Shown here piece by piece: positions 9,004 through 15,485 of a stretch of DNA of 32,000 nucleotides; the first letter of the stretch is position 1; each line of letters starts with the position of its first letter. A program made the position numbers and the translations under genes. The DNA comes from Candidatus Saccharimonadota bacterium (lineage in GTDB: Archaea; Nanohalarchaeota; Nanosalinia; Nanosalinales; Nanosalinaceae): assembly GCA_001761425.1 (NCBI GenBank), contig CP012986.1:1080001-1112000 (forward strand), in the 5' to 3' direction. The notes under the pieces were generated by a model. The model did not search any database. It had not been told where the DNA came from and saw nothing but the letters and a program-made list of their open reading frames with translations.

Positions 9004-9443
9004 TCAACTATCACTGTTCCAGTATGAGATGAGTAATCATGGTTATGGTATCTCCATTCTCCTTCTTTCTCAAATGTGAAACTGAACCTGTCTCCTGAGG
9101 AACACTGGTCGAAGGCTGAGGAGGCCTGATCCCCGTTACTGCAGTGTTCGTTCAGGGATGTCCCTGCATACTCTGAATGTACCGGATGCTGGTCGGAGCC
9201 AACCCACATGGACCTTGAGGCCTCTGATTCCCAGACAACTGTATCTCCCTGCTTTACTGTAACCGTCTCCGGCTGGAAACCGGAACCAGTGTAAGTAATT
9301 ACTGTAGCATTCTCCGAGGTATTAGAGGGCAAAGTTTCAGGCCCTGGTTCAGAAGGAGCAGGATCTGAAGGCGACGAAGGGTTTGAAGCACATCCGGAAG
9401 CAACTAGAACTAATGCGAAAAGAACAGCAGTTCCCAGTTTCAT
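9000..9443 (-). CDS. Secreted lipoprotein with a cupredoxin-like domain
   Basis: Signal peptide plus lipobox (LVLVASGC). FQPETVTVKQGDTVVWESE...HPVHSEY...FSFTFEKEGEWRYHNHDYSSHTGTVIV resembles single-domain cupredoxin/plastocyanin-like folds with His ligands. Confidence 0.65.
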   Translation of the reverse strand: MKLGTAVLFALVLVASGCASNPSSPSDPAPSEPGPETLPSNTSENATVITYTGSGFQPETVTVKQGDTVVWESEASRSMWVGSDQHPVHSEYAGTSLNEHCSNGDQASSAFDQCSSGDRFSFTFEKEGEWRYHNHDYSSHTGTVIVE

Positions 9444-9539
9444 AACTTGACTTTGTTAATAAAATTAAATTAAGGTTTCGTGAAACATTATTCGAACACT
9501 GAAATGTAGCGGAAGTAGCGGAAAGGCCCCTTGAAACGG

Positions 9540-9546
9540 TTAAAAG
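9540..9546 (+). promoter_or_regulatory. TATA-like element (TTAAAAG) about 28 nt upstream of the small zinc-ribbon ORF
   Basis: The spacing to ATG 9571 matches that of the other apparently leaderless genes in the window. Confidence 0.35.
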
Positions 9547-9570
9547 GAGGCCTCGAAATTAGTCCTTGCT

Positions 9571-9675
9571 ATGAAACGTGAGGGGGAGAGGGTTGATTTC
9601 TGTCAGACATGCGGTTTCAAAATCGCGTCCAGGGCCTCGGTCTGTGTAAGATGCGGTTCCGAGGTGAAAAACTGA
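9571..9675 (+). CDS. 34-aa zinc-ribbon mini-protein (below the ORF-track size cutoff)
   Basis: ATG 9571 to TGA 9673-9675. Translation is MKREGERVDFCQTCGFKIASRASVCVRCGSEVKN, with CxxC-x12-CxxC. It lies in an otherwise unassigned 370-nt gap behind a TATA-like box at the right distance. Confidence 0.5.
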   Translation: MKREGERVDFCQTCGFKIASRASVCVRCGSEVKN

Positions 9676-9817
9676 ATTTCATATAGAAAAAGCTCTGTAA
9701 GGCCTTCCAACAGATTTCCCGCACTTTACTGAGTGGGAATAGATGTGTAGAGATTTCTTGAGTCAGGTCTCCCAGGATCTCTCTTTCTTTTTAAACGAGC
9801 GGAGATAATTATGTTGT

Positions 9818-10174
9818 ATGAGTGTTTCAAGTATTTCTGCAGGACTTATTGTTCGCAACAAGAAAATTCTGATGTTCAGAAACAAGGAAGAGGAGGCCTG
9901 GGATGTTCCCAGTGTAAGGCCTGAAGAGGGAGAGATCTCTGCTGAAGCTGCTTTACGTGCTTCTGAAAAGTTCTCCCAGTGTGATTGTGAGGTTACTCGT
10001 TACAAGAAAAAGCTTCAGTTGACTCTTGGATCAGGTAACAACTGGAATCCTTATCTTGTAGAGCTGGACGGCAGCCCTCAGAGAGGAGAATGGGTCTCCA
10101 AAGACGAGATAAAGGAAAAACAGCTTGTACCTCACCTTGAGGAGAACAAGGAAAAGTTCATGAGCAAAATCTAG
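9818..10174 (+). CDS. Nudix-fold protein with a degenerate Nudix box
   Basis: AGLIVRNKKILMFRNK...WDVPSVRPEEGEISAEAALRASEKF follows Nudix topology, but the REUXEE catalytic glutamates are replaced (RASEKF). A TTTTTAAA box at 9788-9795 lies about 27 nt upstream of the ATG. Confidence 0.5.
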   Translation: MSVSSISAGLIVRNKKILMFRNKEEEAWDVPSVRPEEGEISAEAALRASEKFSQCDCEVTRYKKKLQLTLGSGNNWNPYLVELDGSPQRGEWVSKDEIKEKQLVPHLEENKEKFMSKI

Positions 10175-10184
10175 GGTGATTTAT

Positions 10185-10538
10185 ATGAGCCATCTCTCTT
10201 CCAAGGTCTGTACAGCATGCAGTGGCGACGCTGATACTTTGAAGGCAACTGAGATCCACGAACATATGAAGGACCTGGATGAGGCCTGGGAGGAAAAAGA
10301 CAATCATCATATTGTCCGGGAGTTCGATTTCCCTGATTTCAAGTCTACTCTGGAATTTGTAAACGATGTAGGAGAAATTGCGGAGGAACAGGGCCATCAC
10401 CCTGTCTTCAACGATTTTACCTGGGGTAAGGTCACTGTCAAGCTTTACACCCACAAGATCGACGGGCTTCACGAAAACGATTTCATCATGGCAGCGAAGA
10501 TCGACGGACTGATCGAAGAAAACAGTTACGGAGAATAA
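10185..10538 (+). CDS. Pterin-4-alpha-carbinolamine dehydratase (PCD/DCoH family)
   Basis: FKSTLEFVNDVGEIAEEQGHHPVFNDFTWGKVTVKLYTHKIDGLHENDFIMAAKID is the PCD signature. I prefer ATG 10185, preceded by GGGTGA, over the track's GTG at 10176. Confidence 0.9.
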   Translation: MSHLSSKVCTACSGDADTLKATEIHEHMKDLDEAWEEKDNHHIVREFDFPDFKSTLEFVNDVGEIAEEQGHHPVFNDFTWGKVTVKLYTHKIDGLHENDFIMAAKIDGLIEENSYGE

Positions 10539-10541
10539 AAA

Positions 10542-10772
10542 GTGTTTAAGGAAAATATCAGCGACAGAGAGAGCAAAATAAGGGTAGGCCTCGGAGCTTT
10601 CCTGGTACTCCTAGGCGCGCTCGGTCATTCAGGAACTCTGCCTCTCGCAAATATTTTACCTCCGGCTTTGACCTCAGTAACTCTAACAGTTATAGGCCTT
10701 GTACTTGTAATTGAGGGCTATTACAGCAGGTGTCTTCTGTACCGTGTTCTGGGTATCAACAGGAAGGACTGA
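10542..10772 (+). CDS. DUF2892 (YgaP C-terminal-like) small membrane protein
   Basis: 76 aa with two TM helices and the C-terminal CLLYRVLGIN motif typical of DUF2892. GTG start lies 3 nt after the PCD stop. Confidence 0.65.
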   Translation: MFKENISDRESKIRVGLGAFLVLLGALGHSGTLPLANILPPALTSVTLTVIGLVLVIEGYYSRCLLYRVLGINRKD

Positions 10773-10856
10773 CCTATTCTCCTGATTTAAAAAGTTTTCT
10801 TTCTCTCATGTAGTTACAGCCTATAAGTGGCCCGCAGGCACTCGCCTGCTTGAAGA

Positions 10857-10875
10857 CGAAGACCCTTGGTTTTCG
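10857..10875 (+). promoter_or_regulatory. Leader hairpin CGAAGACC-CTT-GGTTTTCG upstream of rpl18e (first of three related hairpins)
   Basis: 8-bp stem with one G-U pair and a 3-nt NTT loop, followed by GAGGTG (10883-10888) and ATG 10899. Confidence 0.4.
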
Positions 10876-10898
10876 ATGCCGCGAGGTGTATTTTAACT

Positions 10899-11249
10899 AT
10901 GGACGCTAAAGCAGACCCAACCAACCCTGTACTCAGGGAGACGATCGAATTCCTCAAGGAGCAAGATGCTCCTATCTGGAATGAAGTAGCTGAAAATCTA
11001 GGTAAAGTTAATAGACAGAGGCCTGAAGTAAACCTCTCCGATCTGGAGAGAGTTGCGGAGGACGGCGAGACAGTCATTATCCCGGGCAAAGTCCTTGGTT
11101 CCGGACGTTTGACGAAGGAACTGGACGTTGCAGCTTTCAAGGCCTCCACAGGAGCCCGTGAACAGATCGAGGAAGACGGAGAGTTCATGTTTATCCGTGA
11201 TCTAGTCGAGGAGAATCCTGAAGGTTCTAAGGTGAGAATTGTAAAATGA
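10899..11249 (+). CDS. rpl18e: 50S ribosomal protein L18e (eL18)
   Basis: DPTNPVLRETIEFLK...IWNEVAENL...RPEVNLSDLERV...ETVIIPGKVLGSGRL...VAAFKASTGAREQIEE. Start chosen at the ATG that follows the SD-like GAGGTG; the track's TTG at 10866 lies inside the leader hairpin. Confidence 0.9.
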   Translation: MDAKADPTNPVLRETIEFLKEQDAPIWNEVAENLGKVNRQRPEVNLSDLERVAEDGETVIIPGKVLGSGRLTKELDVAAFKASTGAREQIEEDGEFMFIRDLVEENPEGSKVRIVK

Positions 11250-11250
11250 T

Positions 11251-11267
11251 GAAAATCGTTGATTTTC
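11251..11267 (+). promoter_or_regulatory. Intercistronic hairpin GAAAATC-GTT-GATTTTC (rpl18e-rpl13 spacer)
   Basis: Perfect 7-bp stem with a 3-nt loop, followed by AGGTGA (11283-11288) and ATG 11296. Confidence 0.4.
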
Positions 11268-11295
11268 GTGATACAGAAATTCAGGTGAATTTCGA

Positions 11296-11724
11296 ATGAA
11301 AACAGTAAATGCAGAAGATAAAGTTCTCGGACGTCTGGCTTCCAGTATCGCCCGCAGTGTTAAGGATGGTGAGGAGGTAAGAGTTGTTAATTCGGAGAAA
11401 GCTGTTGTCTCCGGTGACGAGGCCGAAGTCAAGGACGAATACAAGACAAGATTTGATAGAGGTAGAAGAGATACTGGGCCTTACTATCCGAAGAGGCCTG
11501 ATAAGATCTTGAAGCGTACTGTGCGTGGTATGCTTCCTGATCATGAGAAGCGTGGCCGTGAGATGCATTCACGTGTCAAGACCTACCTCGGTGTTCCAAG
11601 CGAGTTTGACGAAGTTGAGGAAGTTGATGTCAAGGAAGGCGACGAACTTCAGAACAGGAATTATGTAAAACTTGGCGAAGTATCCAGACATATCGGCTGG
11701 ACTCCAAGAGGTGATGGAAACTGA
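11296..11724 (+). CDS. rpl13: 50S ribosomal protein L13 (uL13)
   Basis: VLGRLASSIARSVKDGEEVRVVNSEKAVVSG...YYPKRPDKILKRTVRGMLP...VKTYLGVP. Confidence 0.93.
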   Translation: MKTVNAEDKVLGRLASSIARSVKDGEEVRVVNSEKAVVSGDEAEVKDEYKTRFDRGRRDTGPYYPKRPDKILKRTVRGMLPDHEKRGREMHSRVKTYLGVPSEFDEVEEVDVKEGDELQNRNYVKLGEVSRHIGWTPRGDGN

Positions 11725-11745
11725 TGAAATCAGTTCGATCTCGCA

Positions 11746-11762
11746 GAAAATCTTTGATTTTC
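11746..11762 (+). promoter_or_regulatory. Intercistronic hairpin GAAAATC-TTT-GATTTTC (rpl13-rps9 spacer)
   Basis: Same stem as 11251-11267 with one loop difference, followed by GAGGTGA (11785-11791) and ATG 11801. Confidence 0.4.
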
Positions 11763-11800
11763 GAGTCAGGCAATTCAACATTGCGAGGTGAAGAATAATA

Positions 11801-12208
11801 ATGGCAGACGCAACACACGCTAACGGAAAGAGAAAGACGGCGAAGGCCCGAGTCACAGTTAAGGAAGGTGACGGCACGCTGAGAGTTAACTCCAGGCCCC
11901 TCCACGTTCAGAGAGAGATGGTGGAGGAGAGAGTTAAAGAGCCTCTTGTCATCGCCGGCGAAGAGGTCTACGAAGACTTGACTATCGAAGTCGAATCCCA
12001 TGGAGGAGGAATCCAAGGACAGGCAGAAGCGATGCGTATGGCAATCGCCAGGGCGCTCGTAAAACACACAGGCGATGACGATCTAGAACGGGAGTTCAGA
12101 GATTACGACAGGAATATGATGGTCGAGGATCCAAGAAGGACAGAGACCAGAAAACCAAGCCAGTCTTCGAAAGGAGCAAGGCACAAACAGCAGAAATCCT
12201 ACAGGTAA
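11801..12208 (+). CDS. rps9: 30S ribosomal protein S9 (uS9)
   Basis: GKRKTAKARVTVKEGDGTLRVNSRPL...GGGIQGQAEAMRMAIARALV...DPRRTETRKPSQSSKGARHKQQKSYR. Confidence 0.93.
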   Translation: MADATHANGKRKTAKARVTVKEGDGTLRVNSRPLHVQREMVEERVKEPLVIAGEEVYEDLTIEVESHGGGIQGQAEAMRMAIARALVKHTGDDDLEREFRDYDRNMMVEDPRRTETRKPSQSSKGARHKQQKSYR

Positions 12209-12255
12209 ACCCTGTAGCTTTATTTTCTGCAATCTTCAAGAGGTAACAAGATACA

Positions 12256-12453
12256 ATGCAATTTCCGGTCAGATGCTTGACCTGCGGCAAGGTAATCGGC
12301 GACAAATGGGAAGAATACGAACAGAGAGTTGAGGACGGAGAAGACAAAGGAGAAATCCTCGACGATCTCAACGTTGAGAAGTACTGCTGTAGAACAGTCT
12401 TCCTCACACACGTCGACGCAATCGACGAAATCGCGGAACACAAACTTACCTAG
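12256..12453 (+). CDS. rpoN: DNA-directed RNA polymerase subunit N (Rpb10 homologue)
   Basis: MQFPVRCLTCGKVIG...YCCRTVFLTHVD zinc-bundle signature. Conserved position after rps9. Confidence 0.93.
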   Translation: MQFPVRCLTCGKVIGDKWEEYEQRVEDGEDKGEILDDLNVEKYCCRTVFLTHVDAIDEIAEHKLT

Positions 12454-12485
12454 AGGCCTTCACTTTTTCGCCTCCAATTTTTTCC

Positions 12486-12968
12486 CTATATCTTTCTCAA
12501 CGCAGGAAGAATCATCTCAATGCTCGGAGCTAACTCGATATCATCCAGCTCCGAGGCCTTAAACCACTCAAGTCTTTCAAACTTTTCTTCCTTTATCTCT
12601 GGCTCTCCCTCTATCGAGGCCTTATAACAGTGCCAAAGGAAGATCCTGTCATCTTTCTGGAACTCTCCGCTGTAGAAAGGTTTCTCAAGTGAGGCCTTGA
12701 CTCCTATATCTTCTTTAACTTTTCTCACTGCGGCTTCTGTAGGGCTTTCGTTTTTTCCTACTTTTCCGCCAGGCATCTCCCACAAACCTTCAGGGTTGTT
12801 GGTAGAACAGCTTTCTTCTTGAGAAAGCTGTGACTCCTCCTGTTCTTTGTCTTCAGCGAAACTCTCCTGAGTTTCTGTAGACCCAGAAACCTCTGGTTTC
12901 GAGTCTCTGTACAGTAGAAGAACTTTGCCATCCTGTATTATCAGGTTTCCGGCGAGTTCCTGTGTCAT
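12486..12968 (-). CDS. Nudix hydrolase with a ~35-aa acidic low-complexity insertion
   Basis: Nudix box GGKVGKNESPTEAAVRKVKEDIGV. The insertion SKPEVSGSTETQESFAEDKEQEESQLSQEESCSTNNPE lies between the first strand and the box. Confidence 0.8.
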   Translation of the reverse strand: MTQELAGNLIIQDGKVLLLYRDSKPEVSGSTETQESFAEDKEQEESQLSQEESCSTNNPEGLWEMPGGKVGKNESPTEAAVRKVKEDIGVKASLEKPFYSGEFQKDDRIFLWHCYKASIEGEPEIKEEKFERLEWFKASELDDIELAPSIEMILPALRKI

Positions 12969-13789
12969 ACAAACGTGAATAACAGGATCATCATTATTAA
13001 TCCTGTAATATTACCTGTGATGAACTCTTTCCAGCCCGATCCATCTAGGTCTTCGGCCTCCTCAAAGGCCTCCTCCACAAACTCTGTCAACACTAGATAG
13101 ATCATCGCACCTGCTGCAAAACCATAACCTGCTGGAAGAAACATCCTGGCCTCACGCACAAAAATGAACGCAATGACCGCTCCTATAGGCTGGGGTACGC
13201 TGGAAAATATCGCTGCACCCATGGTCTTCCAGTTGCTTACACCTGAGGCCTTGAACGGTATAGAGATCGCGATGCCTTCAGGTATGTTGTGGATAGAGAT
13301 TGCGATCGTCATAGTGATGGCGATAGCAGGGACTGCAAAGCCGAGGATCGGGATACCTGACCCGAGGCCCATCTCCGCAAATGATACTCCGATAGCGACT
13401 CCTTCAGGAAAACTGTGAACCGTTAAAACACCGAGGATGAGTACCATCTTCTTGAAATCCCTCTCCTCGAAAGTGCCGGGATCAAGCTCCACTTCATCGA
13501 CAATCCTCTGTGCCACAACAACTAGAGCAACGCCAAAGGCAAGGCCTATACCGACAGCGAGGTAAGGCGAGTTAAACAGTGGATACTCCTGTGCTGCAGC
13601 AAGGCCTTCAGGTAAAAGCCCTAGAAAAGAGGCTGCCAGCATTATTCCGGAGGCGAGACCCCACATACCTACGAGAAGCCTCTTACTGAACTCCTTGACA
13701 AAGAAAAACGGTACTGCACCCAGTCCTGTCGCCAGGTCTGTTATGAGGCCTGCGATAAAGACTATGAAAAGTGCTTCAAGAGTCGCCAT
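12965..13789 (-). CDS. ZIP-family divalent metal transporter (ZupT-like)
   Basis: HSFPEGVAIGVSF and HNIPEGIAISIPF metal-binding helices; about 8 TM segments. Its stop overlaps the Nudix gene start by 4 nt. Confidence 0.9.
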   Translation of the reverse strand: MATLEALFIVFIAGLITDLATGLGAVPFFFVKEFSKRLLVGMWGLASGIMLAASFLGLLPEGLAAAQEYPLFNSPYLAVGIGLAFGVALVVVAQRIVDEVELDPGTFEERDFKKMVLILGVLTVHSFPEGVAIGVSFAEMGLGSGIPILGFAVPAIAITMTIAISIHNIPEGIAISIPFKASGVSNWKTMGAAIFSSVPQPIGAVIAFIFVREARMFLPAGYGFAAGAMIYLVLTEFVEEAFEEAEDLDGSGWKEFITGNITGLIMMILLFTFV

Positions 13790-13838
13790 GCCTAGTTTTT
13801 AGCGGGTACAGACTTATGTGTGTTACGCAGAGAAAAAG

Positions 13839-13856
13839 GTTTAGGCAGGCCTAAAC
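13839..13856. terminator. Palindromic hairpin GTTTAGGC-AG-GCCTAAAC flanked by A-run/T-run, downstream of the HIT gene on the minus strand
   Basis: On the minus strand the stem is followed by CTTTTTCTC. It sits between the HIT stop (13921) and the ZIP start (13789). Confidence 0.35.
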
Positions 13857-13920
13857 TTTTGTTGAAGATCGTAGAGGAAAGAAAATAGGGAAGAAATTAG
13901 CCTGAGAGGTTTTTCAGGCC

Positions 13921-14322
13921 TCAAAGTTTCTGTTTTATCTCTTCTACGGTTTTTTCAGCTTCTTCGAGGTCGCCTCTGTTATAGGTTACATCCAGTTCGT
14001 TTCCCTCGTAGATCGGTGTGACATGGAAGTGTAGATGGAATACTTCCTGCCCTGCCTTTTCACCGTTGTTCTGTGCGATGTTGATTCCATCTGGGTTGAA
14101 CGCTTTTTCCAGAGCGTTTGAGACGTTGACAAGGCCTTCGTGGAGGAAGTTCATTCCTCCGGCTTCATGGATTGTTTCGACGTGTTTCTTCGGTATTACC
14201 AGTGTGTGGCCTTTTGAGACCGGGTTTGCGTCGAGGATTGCGATTATGTTTTCGTCTTCATAGATCTTGTGGGATGGTATTTCGCCGTCGATTATCTTGC
14301 AGAATATGCAGTCGTCTGTCAT
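13921..14322 (-). CDS. HIT-family (histidine triad) nucleotide hydrolase/transferase
   Basis: CIFCKIIDGEIPS...ILDANPVSKGHTLVIPKKH...QEVFHLHFHVTP (HxHxHxx motif). Confidence 0.9.
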   Translation of the reverse strand: MTDDCIFCKIIDGEIPSHKIYEDENIIAILDANPVSKGHTLVIPKKHVETIHEAGGMNFLHEGLVNVSNALEKAFNPDGINIAQNNGEKAGQEVFHLHFHVTPIYEGNELDVTYNRGDLEEAEKTVEEIKQKL

Positions 14323-14436
14323 AGATTGTTTTTGTGGTTGAGGCCTTTTTTCTGTTTCTGTGGAGTTTAGTGAAGTTTTGTGTTAGACTTTGGTATTAAT
14401 TGAGTTATTTAAACCAGGGATAGCATTTTTCTGTGT

Positions 14437-15438
14437 ATGGAAAGGACCGATATTGCTTTAGGTCTGGGTGCTTTAGCCCTGGTTATTTCTGTCGGCGTTG
14501 CTGTCCAAGTTACGACTCAAAACAACGGATCTGTTGATTCATTGAACGAGTCTGAGGTCACTGATATTGCCGAAGGTTTGGATAGCGAGCAGTCGAGCAG
14601 GTATGGGGAGCCGCTTTACGCTGGCTCTTCTATGGGCTATGTGATTGATTTCCCTAACGGAGAGAGCTTTTACGTTTCAGGAGATACTGGTCCTATGTGG
14701 ACCCTTGAGAATTATGTGAAGGATTCTCTTGATCCTTCTGTATCGTTCTTCTCCACAGGGAATGTCTACACTGCAGATATGGAGACAGGAGCCGAGATGG
14801 CTTCCCAGGTTGATTCCGAAGTCTCCATTCCTATCCACTATGGAACTTTCCCATTCCTTGATCAGGATACTGATGAGTTCGAGAACAGACTCTCTGAGCT
14901 TAGAAGTCAGGGAGAGACCAGTTCTGAATCAAGGACCCTTGAGACAGGAGAATGGGAAACCATCAGAGGCGTAGAGACCATGTGGGTAGGCCACGGAACT
15001 ATGTTCTTTAAAGGCCCTGAGGGGACGGATATCATGGTTGATCCTTGGATCAAGACCAATCCGAAAGCTCCTGAGTCATGGAAGAACGATAGTTCCAACA
15101 TCCCTGAGACAGATATGATCTTGATTACCCACGGACATCTCGATCACTTCACACCATCTATGATCGAGACACTTCAGGAACAGCACAACTCGACAGTTGT
15201 AGCTGAGTGGGAACTGGCTGGACATATGGCGAATCAGGGATTCTCCAACACCGTCGCCGTCAACAAAGGAGCTGACCTAGACAAGTCAACTCTGAAAGGC
15301 GCAGGTGCTACTGGAGCAATCGAAAGAGTCTCAGACGACATCAATCTGCATACAGTCTGGGCAAAGCACTCTTCATCACCCGCAACATCACTTGGAGACG
15401 CATTCGGAATAGCAGTTGAAGGAGAAATCACAGAGTAA
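14437..15438 (+). CDS. Membrane-anchored or secreted metallo-beta-lactamase-fold hydrolase (UPF0173-like) with permuted motif order
   Basis: N-terminal hydrophobic anchor (aa 5-25). SFYVSGDTG (aa 78-85) and IPIHYGTFPF (aa 131-140) normally lie at the C-terminal end of UPF0173 proteins. They are followed here by MWVGHGTMFF...VDPW...NPKAP, ILITHGHLDH (aa 229-237) and WAKHSSS (aa 308-314), which normally lie at the N-terminal end. A TTATTTAAA box at 14405-14413 lies about 28 nt upstream of the ATG. Confidence 0.8.
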   Translation: MERTDIALGLGALALVISVGVAVQVTTQNNGSVDSLNESEVTDIAEGLDSEQSSRYGEPLYAGSSMGYVIDFPNGESFYVSGDTGPMWTLENYVKDSLDPSVSFFSTGNVYTADMETGAEMASQVDSEVSIPIHYGTFPFLDQDTDEFENRLSELRSQGETSSESRTLETGEWETIRGVETMWVGHGTMFFKGPEGTDIMVDPWIKTNPKAPESWKNDSSNIPETDMILITHGHLDHFTPSMIETLQEQHNSTVVAEWELAGHMANQGFSNTVAVNKGADLDKSTLKGAGATGAIERVSDDINLHTVWAKHSSSPATSLGDAFGIAVEGEITE

Positions 15439-15485
15439 AAATCTCCTTCAACTCCCTTCCATTTATTTTAAACAAGACAAAGAAC

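Noticed and set aside
10773-10898. Possible tRNA upstream of rpl18e, a common position in archaea
   Set aside because: No cloverleaf can be drawn. Only a short hairpin (GCAGGC-ACTC-GCCTGC, 10834-10849) and the leader hairpin at 10857-10875 are present.
11246-11727. TGATGA at 11246-11251 and 11722-11727, resembling C boxes of C/D-box sRNAs in the rpl18e-rpl13 and rpl13-rps9 spacers
   Set aside because: In both cases TGATGA is a tandem stop (TGA TGA) at the end of the preceding gene. No D box (CTGA) or C'/D' arrangement follows at an appropriate distance.
10814-12443. Minus-strand ORFs (10814-11188, 11202-11444, 11281-11568, 11569-11877, 11630-12067, 12096-12443) across the ribosomal protein operon
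   Set aside because: All are antisense to L18e, L13, S9 and RpoN, which have unmistakable signatures. Their composition is atypical.
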